A stretch of 63,267 bases of DNA, counting the filler, from Dimargaris cristalligena (Eukaryota): assembly GCA_003614675.1 (NCBI GenBank). It is 8 parts of 8 records of this genome, joined end to end, with 100 filler letters (N's around TTAATTAATTAA, not from the genome) between each part and the next. Parts side by side here need not be neighbours in the genome. Positions count along the whole stretch, not along the records: positions 1 to 7,875 come from ML003381.1; positions 7,976 to 15,818 come from ML003382.1; 6 more parts are not named here. One strand, given 5' to 3'. Numbering within the stretch: position 1 is the stretch's first letter; every line of letters starts with the position of its first letter. A program made the position numbers and the translations under genes. The notes under the pieces were generated by a model. That model searched no databases and was not told where the DNA came from. It worked only from the letters and a program-made list of their open reading frames with translations. Below, in pieces: positions 1-9,269 of the stretch.

Positions 1-311
1 GGTAAAGGTCCCGAAACCACAAAATAGCACCCCTGTCGGTATATCTCGCAGACACCACATGAGAGATCCATATCTTCGTTAGCCTCATGGACAGTACCCG
101 CCAGTACTATGACTTAGTAATAAGGGTGACTATAATGAACGCCCTCTCGTCTATATATAAGGTCTGGTCCTCCCACCTTTCTTTCAACCATCAATTAGAC
201 CCATCAACACTCCATCCCACCGACCTTTCTTCGCCCTTCCTTCTTCACGGCCACCCCCCCCCCCTTTACTCCACCCTCTCCTCCCGTTCAGCTCAGATCA
301 TTTTGCCGACC

Positions 312-521
312 ATGAAGCTCCAGTCTGCCGCTGCCCTCACCCTTGTTTTCGTCCTGGCTATTGTCGCTCAGGCCCACTCTTCGGCCCCTGCCATGACCCA
401 CTCGCCCCAACTAGCCAAGCGTGGATTCCGCTCTGCTGCTGTAAAGGTGGGTGGTGCTTACCTCGGTTACAAAGCGGCCGGAGCTGGCATCAAGATGCTC
501 CGAGAGAATAAGAAGAACTAG
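312..521 (+). CDS. Small secreted prepropeptide (69 aa): signal peptide, pro-region, KR site, 32-aa cationic peptide
   Basis: ACCATG start at 312, TATATAA at ~152-160; MKLQSAAALTLVFVLAIVAQA signal-like, then ...QLAKR|GFRSAAVKVGGAYLGYKAAGAGIKMLRENKKN. Confidence 0.75.
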   Translation: MKLQSAAALTLVFVLAIVAQAHSSAPAMTHSPQLAKRGFRSAAVKVGGAYLGYKAAGAGIKMLRENKKN

Positions 522-1152
522 CCCAGCGACAATTGTTCGGCTGACCCTGCTCAGTCAATGATGATCGATTGCCGGCAGTATGCCAAGTTCGTTTGTATAT
601 GAAATATATATATAGTATCGCCATAACACCCGACACCCATTTTAGTCGATGGCCTCATTAGGGTATGTATCGTTCCATTATCCCCTCGCAATTTTATTAA
701 TTTTATTCATTTTTGTAAATTTGTATATCAAGTAACCGCCTCAGCTTGATTGCCCACAGCCTGACTTAGCACATGTAAATCGCCACCTCCATAGAAAATT
801 TGGTGTTGAGTCAGTCCACTCCTTGGAATTACAATAAAGCAAATGTTTTTTACTATTAGACAGCATTGGTATATCAGAAGGCAGAGTGTGACCACGATAA
901 TTGAATAAATCTTTCATGAGACCCAACACCTGTGAACATTATACTTGGTTTTAAAATATATAGGCTGTCCAGTTATCACTAACTATTCGAACTACGCAAG
1001 CCAGAAGGCTGAATATTTTTAACGACATTAAAATCAAATTTATTATAATCGGGTGGAATCTATGTAAACGGAATAGTGTGGCAGTAGAATAATCAATCGG
1101 GGTTTAGAATAATAAATCGATTGACAATGCAATAGTATAAACCTGTTACAGA

Positions 1153-1280
1153 GGTCTCAGAATATTTGAAAAGGAATTCACCATTAACTCAAAAGATTTT
1201 TATTCGATGTCGTTTATAGATGAGGTCTGACGGCTCTTCCATATTATATTTCCTTTCGGCCAATTAATTCATCACTATAG
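1153..1280 (-). ncRNA. SNORD49: Box C/D snoRNA, U49/SNORD49 homologue
   Basis: Box C GTGATGA 1269-1275, box D CTGA 1157-1160; GGAAGAGCCG-T-CAGA guide/D' (1226-1240) is complementary to LSU CGGCUCUUCC and resembles human U49 GGAAGTGCCGTCAGA (recalled). Confidence 0.8.
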
Positions 1281-1440
1281 AGGTTCACGGAGGGGAGTGC
1301 AGGAGTTGGATCCAGAGAGTTGAAGTGCTAGTAATTACCTAAAGGGTTGGTGATATTGATGTAGACAATAACAATGAATAATCAAATTAGTGATTGGTTC
1401 ATGTTTTGGAAACACCGGCAGCCGAATCCAAGAAGAATTA

Positions 1441-1699
1441 GGGTGATCAGACATCCAAGGAAGTTGTTTACCATCAGCAGGTGCTACACTCAACCAGCCA
1501 GGCAGGATCAGAGGGTCGACGCGGAACGGAAGAATTTACCAGGATCCAAACAAGTGGCTCAACTAGCAAACTCCCCCAGCCCCGAGGGTTATACTACCAC
1601 AAAGCTCAACTGCCCGGGGGCTATCCGAGGTAGACAAGGGCTCTTTGGCCCCCCTTTCGGTGGAAACTGCGGATTGGGAATCATCATCAGATCGAACCC
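1441..1699 (-). ncRNA. U14: U14 snoRNA (snR128) with long internal expansion
   Basis: Box C TGATGA 1681-1689; domain A ATCCGCAGTTTCCACC ~1659-1674; domain B CTTCCTTGGATGT 1451-1463 directly before box D CTGA 1447-1450; terminal pairing GGGT..GA/TC..ACCC. Confidence 0.9.
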
Positions 1700-1920
1700 G
1701 GGAATAACATAACGGTTATTATCGAGGACTAGAGCGGCAGCTTACCTTTTATGTTAGTCGTGAGACGAGCAGAAATGTCCGAGGAGGTAGTCCGCGAGCA
1801 CTTTTGGAAGGAATCTATCGGTACAATCGAAACAGGACATAAGAGTAGATGAACTAATGGGTTAGATACACAGCCTGATAATATATCGAAACAAACCCAA
1901 AGGCAGTTTTATGCTTGGGA

Positions 1921-2077
1921 GGTCAGATTTTCACTGGCTTGCACCGCCCGCCTCCGATTCACAATCCCCAACCAACGTAGAGAAGGATGGGGCAGTACCG
2001 AAGACGAACGATTACGTCGGGTATCCTCACGGTGGATCAGTAATGGAAAGAAGACTATAAAAAGGTTATCATCAGCC
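1921..2077 (-). ncRNA. snR190: Box C/D snoRNA, snR190 homologue
   Basis: Box C TGATGA 2069-2074, D' CTGA 2037-2040, C' GTGAGGA 2024-2030, box D 1923-1926; GTCTTCTTTCC (2045-2055) complements LSU GGAAAGAAGAC; lies upstream of U14 as in the yeast snR190-U14 unit. Confidence 0.8.
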
Positions 2078-2358
2078 ACAAGCGGAGGGAAGGAATATGA
2101 AGTAGACAGGCCGGATGAGTGAGACTTACCATTTGGAAATGATCCGGAATGCAGGGTGGAATACTAGACGAGACATCGCTCACTAGTATTGAAATGGTTA
2201 TAATAATATACAAGATAATAGATGAAGATGAAGAGAGCTGATGCTTCTAAAAATGTAGCAATGACCAGCGACTTATATATTGAAAAGGGTGAGGAAAAGA
2301 TAGCAGCAGCAAATAGGCAAATTGGGGCGAGAGGGGGCATTCTCGCTCTCTGGACGGG

Positions 2359-2519
2359 TGAAAAAAAATTGCCACATTCCACAGTGTACATTTATTTAGG
2401 CAAGGCGGAAAAAAAAATCGGGAGGTGGGACGCGTCTGGGACTGGGCGGGGCGACAAAATTGCTTCATCATCCCACCCAATAGGCCGCCGTGGGTGGCTA
2501 GCCTGCAGCAATCACGTGA
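2359..2519. promoter_or_regulatory. RRPE-like element and TCACGTGA E-box upstream of the snoRNA host gene
   Basis: TGAAAAAAAATT at 2359-2370; TCACGTGA at 2512-2519. Confidence 0.4.
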
Positions 2520-3670
2520 CTGCGCGGTCAGCTGTCCCCGTACCATTGGTTAGCCCGCCACCAATCAACTACCCATTTCCCCCGCCTGCACTGTTGCGTA
2601 ACAACAGCAGCAGCAGCGTAACGCCAGATTATTGTTGAATGGGATGGAGTATATAGGGCCTGTGTATATTCGATTTATTATTATTCACTCGGTGGATTCT
2701 TTTCGGATAGACAATGCCCAGAGTCCAATGAAACTGCCTGGTATGCCACTTGGTGGGAGGGAATATAGTTAGTTGCGAACTAACGATCGACGCACACCGC
2801 CATTGGTAGTACTAGTGTCAGCATTAGTAATTGGAATAGTAAAAGTAGTAGTAATTGGAATAGTAAAGGCAGTAGTCCATTATGGAACTCTATCGAACCA
2901 TGTGCGCGCGGTACGGCGGGGGAAGAGAGTGGGAGGGGGTGTTAACGAAGTAGTGCAGCGGCCATATCATACTCGGACTGGCTCTTGACGACTTTCGGGA
3001 TCTACTGTACCACTGATAAAACGACTCCGAAACGTGTGGTTCCTTTGGGTCTACCACGGTTGTTTCATTTATCACATTTCAGCCTGACGGAGGAGGAGGA
3101 AGGAATTAGGGTTAGTTGGTACGCATATATACACAAACACGCATACACTCTCTTTTCCCTTATGAAACAGCGGCTTATTAGTAGAGGGTAATATGTGGGT
3201 GAATCATGCAAAATGCATCATCTACCTTACTTACATACTTAGAGAGAGGACTAAGGTTAGCCACCGGTTCCCATTAAGAAGGGGATTTTGATGTGGTGGC
3301 CCTTTTAATACTTACTTACGTTTACCCAGTATAGTATTAGTAGTAGTAGTAGTGGTAGCCTAATAACTACTAACATCCTCCTCTCTCTCCGGCAAATAAC
3401 TGCTTCGATTTCCTCGGCCGAATTCTCTCCTCTTTCCCCTTTTCTTTCTTCTCCAACCCACTATTCTCAGTGCATTCCTTCCTCTCCTCCTTTCCTCCCC
3501 GCTTTACTCGGCCTCTATATATTCCAAACTATATTATCCTCCCCTCCGCCTACTTTGTTCTCTCTGCGTTAAGCCCATTCCCCCCCCCCTTTGGTGGTAC
3601 CCCCCTACGTACCCTTCGCAACCCCAATTCCATTGCCTCTCTCTACTCCCCCACTCTAGTATTTCACCTC

Positions 3671-4332
3671 ATGTCGACCCCTACTCGCCGTCGTCTTATG
3701 CGCGATTTCAAGCGACTCGAGCAGGACCCACCCACCGGTGTTTCGGGCTGTCCGAATCCCGATAATATCATGCTCTGGGAAGCCGTCATCTTCGGTCCCG
3801 GTAAGTCACACCACTTGCTTGTCTGTGTACGAGACTCCCTTCTATCGGCGGTCTCCCGTCTGACAGAGGGGGGAGGTTGGGCTCTTTCGCCCGAGTCCAC
3901 CCCAACCTACCTGCATTCCGATACCAACTGCTAACCTAACCCCGTTTTGGACCGCCTTTTCAATTGTCCGATACTTCACCTCCCACTTTCTCTCCTCCAT
4001 TATCCCCAGAGGATACGCCGTTCGAAGACGGTATCTTTAAACTCCGCCTGACCTTTGACGAGACCTACCCCAATAAACCCCCCAACGTGCGTTTCTCGTC
4101 CCGCATGTTCCATCCTAACGTGTATGCCAGCGGGGAACTATGTTTGGATATCCTCCAAAACCGCTGGAGTCCGACTTACGACGTGGCAAGCATACTCACT
4201 TCCATCCAAAGTCTTCTTCACGACCCTAATCCCAACAGTCCCGCCAATTCCGAGGCCGCTCAGCTCTATCGGGAAAACCGCAAGGAGTACTTGCGCCGAG
4301 TCGCCGAGACGGTGGAGGAATCCTGGGTGTGA
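3671..4332 (+). CDS. RAD6: Ubiquitin-conjugating enzyme E2 Rad6/Ubc2 (150 aa; exons 3671-3800, 4010-4332)
   Basis: [55 protein letters not shown] intron restores [11 protein letters not shown]. Confidence 0.97.
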
Positions 4333-6105
4333 TGAGGGGGTCGTCAAATTCCCTTTAAGCCTCACCCAAGGTGTTTGATTCAATGGCCACGTGTGCAATT
4401 CCCCTTCCACGCTTCCGACATCCCTCCCCGCCTTTCCCGCATACTCATATCCACTGTTCCTACTCTATTGATGGCAGAGAGAGAGTGTGTGTGTGTGTGA
4501 GTGAGAGAAAGATTAGCCCCACATTCCCGCCATCTCTCCAACATCATCCCTGTATTTTTTTCGAGCTTCGTTTCCCGTGGAAAACACACATATATATATA
4601 TATCCGATCCGGCTTTTCTAGACACGTCGCAAATAGTGTGGCTAGCGACTATTATTGCGCTGTAGTGCGGTGGTTGGACAGGCCTTGGAACCACCCTTTG
4701 TTGTTGTTGTTTCTCCCTCCACCATATGTTAAACCTGCTCATACTATGCAGCCCATTATTACCACCACTCTCCCCTCCCCGTCTCCCATTTTTATTACCT
4801 GTTAGGTTAGCCCATACCATTAGTATTAGTTAATGTCCCTGTTAGTCATCATCACCCATTCGTTTCGTTTTGTTCTAGTATTTTTACCCCGATTCATTTT
4901 ATATTCTGAATTATACGTCTCCAGTCTACCCCCCCCTCTACACACACACCACCCACTTCATATGAATCCAAATCAAACCTCGTGATTGGGTGCTCCAAAA
5001 TGCCTGCCCAAGCGTATCCGCGTTCTGTTGCCACGGGCTTGTCCCCGAGTTTTATTCTCTAATGGATTAAAATAAAATAACCTTCATTGAATTTCTTAAG
5101 CGGATTTGACTATCGTGGCACCCGCTGTCTGATTTATGTAAATGTATATATTTTACTTGGAGACAGGTTAAATTACCCACTGGTCCAAATGAAGGGTAAT
5201 TTCACGGGACCCATGGGTCAGTTAGAAATCATTTACATATCCAACACCTTGCCATGCTGGCCTACCCCGGTCAGGGGATAGATGTGCCACTTGGGAGCAG
5301 GGCCAACCTTACCCTGGCCATTTCATATGGTATTTGTGTTTATCGCTGGCACTACTGTTGACGTACCTGCATAGTAGGGCAGCTAATGCGACCCTTTAGT
5401 GACAGTGGTACTATACGTTTTGGGCCGTTCACTGGTTCTGACCTGCTAATCCCAATATAGTATATAGTAAGGGGTCCTCCGAATCTTCTTCGTGGGTCAC
5501 TGTGTGAACCAGAGTGGGGTGGTGTGCTTGGAGAGTTGGTTAATGAGGGGGCGGATAAAGATGCTATACCAAGGATCCGCCCTTTGACCTTTGCGCTTCC
5601 TTTTCCTCTCCCCCACCTGGTCTGGTACATGGGCGGGGCTCTAGCCCGTGTGGATATTTAAAAATATCAATAAATGCAATATAAATTTCGACTGGTAAAG
5701 GTGGTGCGGGTGGTAACACACCAAGCCAGCTGAACCAATCTAAATATAGTGGGGTAGTAGTGGTCGCCGGTACTAAATTGGCTTGGGCCTGTAGGTCGGT
5801 TCCTTTTCGATTACGCGAAACATTCTGTACGAGGTGAGGACGGAGTTTGGATTGGTGATGGTCGTCATTCTAAACAAGGGGGCGGAAAAGGCGGGCAAAT
5901 AGCGATCAGGCTATGCAATTGGCCGACGACACGCACACACACATCGTAAAAGACCTTGTTTACGCTTTAGCCGTTTATGCTTGGAACAGAGAAAGAGAGA
6001 AAGAAAGAAATGGGAGAGAGATAGTTTTACAGGCGGTTTTTCCCCTGCATACACAGACGGTGTGTATGTGAATATTTATATATGGAGAGAGATGGTCATA
6101 GCCCT

Positions 6106-6129
6106 CACACACACACACACACACACACA
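6106..6129. repeat. (CA)n microsatellite
   Basis: 12 CA units read directly. Confidence 0.9.
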
Positions 6130-6857
6130 TAGGCGTCGGGTGGTGTAGTCACCGTCAAATTATCATCCATCTATGCGCATACACTCTCAAGTTCCTGGCT
6201 GGCTCTGTTTGTCTGCTGCATTTTTCTTCCCTTCCTCTCTTCCGTATTGCTTTGCGTCGCTTCTCCCTTTGCATCCTGCCTGTTGTGTTCTTGGTCTTCC
6301 ACCGGGGCTATTTTTTATATATATTTATTTTTTTAAAAAACCAATTCTTCTCTCTTTCTCCTTGGTGACAAGCTATTAAAATATTCCTTTCCATTCCATT
6401 TCCCCGCTGCTGGTGCATTGAGTTCCAGGCCCCTCGAAGCCGTGTTTGCTTTTACCAGCCTCATCTCCGCTTGGTGGACGGAGTGGCACTTCCTTCTCTT
6501 GTTCGCCGGTCTCCGTTGCATTGCCCTGATGTCTGCTGCTATTTTGTATATTATTAAATTCTCTCTACACACTCTTCCATTGACTATTGCCCCTCCTTTA
6601 CCCCCCGTGTGCGCCATTCATATTTACTAAACTCCAGTGCTCCGAGTACACCACCAACCAACCTTGTCTACTAGAAAGTTGACTGTTCCTACAAACTCCC
6701 TCCTTTCCCTTCCACATATACCCCCCTCCTCTTCTCTTTTTTATCCAGGCTCCACTCTTTTTCGTCTTCGTCCTCCCTTCTTTATCCCGGTCACTTTCTC
6801 CCACGTGCTCACTCCCGAGCAAGCGCAGGCCCCCCTCCCGCCACCACCACCACCGCC

Positions 6858-7875
6858 ATGAACGCCAAACTCTGCTGGCGTAATGTGCTGTTTCGACGGG
6901 ATCATGGGCCCAGTTCGTACTTCCGCGACACCATGTCCGCCTCGTCCAGCTCAGACATAGCCCACGGCTCCCACCCGGTTGATATCGCTGTGCCCAGCGG
7001 TACCACCAGTGCCGCCCTCCACTTTTTCTTCAGTGTTCGGGGCGCTGCTCCACCTGCGGCCCCCTCAGCGCCCCTCCATCTTTTCTACGTGGAACTGGAG
7101 CAGAACTGCGATACCGGTGGCGAAACCCGCCTCTCCATGGACTTGGGTTTTTATAGCCCTGGTGCTACCCCCGTCTCCCCAACAGCGAGCAGTCACAACT
7201 CCCAACCCACCTTCCCCCCCTCCGAGGCGGGGGCTGAAGTATCCTCTGTAGACTCCGACTGGGTACACGTTACTGACCTTCCTTCTGGGCCGCATTCCTC
7301 ATACCGTGAACGGGAATACAATTGTGAGATAGCCTGGTCCTTACCCGCCCCACCTCTACCTGCCCATTCCAGTCTAGCCAGTCGCTCACGGACGGGCTCG
7401 CGCTCCGGTACAGGACGCTCGGCGCCTCCCTCCCCTACCCTATCAGCTGCCCGCCTGACCTATCCCGTGGTTTACAAGCGCTGCCAGATTGTGAGCGGAG
7501 ATACGGGCGAGGTTTTATTCGACATGACCTATCATGTTCGATTTACGGATCCCGAGTCCTTCCAGCAACCCACCTCCTCCTCTGCGAAACCCGCCGAGCT
7601 CAAACTCCCCCTAGCTCCCATGGATACGTCCCCTTCAGCCCCCTGGGTTTCCCCGCAAACTCCCACTACCCGGGGTCCTACGGTACCGCCCTTAAGCCAA
7701 GGCCAGTGTCTCCCCTATTCGCCGCTAGAGAATAAGGGCCCCCATGAGGAATGCCCGCTCCCCCCACTATCGACATCATCGACCAATACCGGGAGTAATA
7801 GTCTCCTCAGTGATACCCCATCTCAAAATTCCAAATCCAAGAGCTGGCTACGAAAGACCAAGTCAGTGGTCATGA
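6858..7875 (+). CDS. Hypothetical Ser/Pro-rich protein, 3' truncated at contig end
   Basis: 339 open codons from GCCATG running into the linker; no recognised domain. Confidence 0.6.
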
Positions 7876-7975
7876 NNNNNNNNNNNNNNNNNNNNNNNNN
7901 NNNNNNNNNNNNNNNNNNNTTAATTAATTAANNNNNNNNNNNNNNNNNNNNNNNNNNNNNNNNNNNNNNNNNNNN
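7876..7975. other. Artificial contig linker
   Basis: N44-TTAATTAATTAA-N44 (stops in all six frames). Confidence 0.99.
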
Positions 7976-8706
7976 ATATTGGATTACTTTGGTTAAAAAC
8001 TTTATAAAGTTGGTTTTATTAATATTTTCATTTGAGTGACAAACCAGTTCACCTAGAGAAGCCACCCTGCCCTTTTGATATATTTTTGTTGTTCATTTTA
8101 GTGGCTTGATACCACCACACTGTGACAGTGGTCTGATGTCCATACACATTCCAGAAAAACCCACCCTGAGACAAAAAAATATTGCTGCGATATTTGTGAT
8201 AAGCCATTTGAGTCCTCTGCTGATGTAGCCATTCATTGGAATTCACACACTCGGGAGCTATTGTTCAAATGCTACTATTGTGATAAGACGTACACCACTA
8301 CTAGTGCTTGTAATAGGCATATTAAAAAAAACACCCTGATGTCTTGCTTAATAATCAATAGGACTACGGCTGACTGATACTTGAGGACTAGGTACAGGAA
8401 TTCTACCTTGCTGAAAGACCATCTTCCTTCAGCCATTTGTGTCACTTGATTCATATATTCTATATATGATGTCCATTATATCCTTCCATTATTAGCCACC
8501 CTTCTCTATATTTTCAAGTAGCATTTTCCAGCATGTTCTATATTGGCTCAATGCCTTTATTATTTGTCTACTTGGTTATATAAAGCCGAGCCAATTCCTA
8601 TAGTTGATCTCTCCTTAATTAGTGGTTATTATATATCCCCTTTTATTAGATAATTCAACCTATTGATATCTCCCTTATTTTCTATCAATAAAGTACCCTT
8701 TGCATC

Positions 8707-9269
8707 TGTCACCCGGGTTAACCACTCTTAGTCCATCAAGAGTCTTGGGGATAGGCTTCTAACGGTAGGTGGGGTGTGGGCACGGTCAAGTGGCTCTTAG
8801 CATTAGGTGGAGCTATACTAACCTAATAAAGTGAGTGTCAATGTGTATGCAGGGGATGTGCACTGATGCACACTTACTAGTCAATATAGGGGGGTGAGCA
8901 TATATAGAGTTTATTGGGGGTAAACTAAGGGGGGTAAGAATAAGCTGAGGTCCTAACTGGGCCCCCCATGGGGACCGGTTATATATACGTGGGGGACTAC
9001 TCCCAGGGAGGTCCCTAGGGGAAACTACATAACTAAGATAACAATAGGGAGGGCCGGGTGGTCCTCATAGGAGTGGAGGCTTCCATGGGAACTGGAAGAC
9101 ACTAAGATCACCTAGGAGTGAGTAGTGCAGACTCTGGGAGGGTCTGGCCTAGGAAAGGATATATATGATGTCCGTCCCATTAGGACCAGGGGTACAATAT
9201 GGCACTATACGGCCTGTTAGGATGGCAATCATAATGCAGATGGATTAGGTCAGATTAGGAGGGGCGACA
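8707..9269 (-). mobile_element. Solo LTR, copy 1 (563 bp)
   Basis: TGTC...GACA termini; 5-bp TSD GCATC (8702-8706 and 9270-9274); homologous to three copies at 41.7-44.3 kb. Strand inferred from TATA-then-AATAAA order. Confidence 0.9.

Larger units (their letters stand above)
1060..2240 (-). ncRNA. Spliced non-coding snoRNA host transcript with three introns (ends approximate)
   Basis: TATA ~2273-2281; donors GTAAGT at 2129, GTAAG at 1745, GTAATT at 1338; acceptors AG at 1815, 1339, ~1060; branch sites CTAAC 1861-1865 and CTAAT 1386-1390. Spliced exons give only a 22-codon ORF; each intron holds one C/D snoRNA. Confidence 0.7.

Noticed and set aside
1374-1712. 112-aa plus-strand ORF
   Set aside because: Lies antisense to the U14 snoRNA; no protein features.
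3801-4009. Two hairpins in the RAD6 intron, possible H/ACA snoRNA
   Set aside because: No ANANNA hinge or properly placed ACA box.
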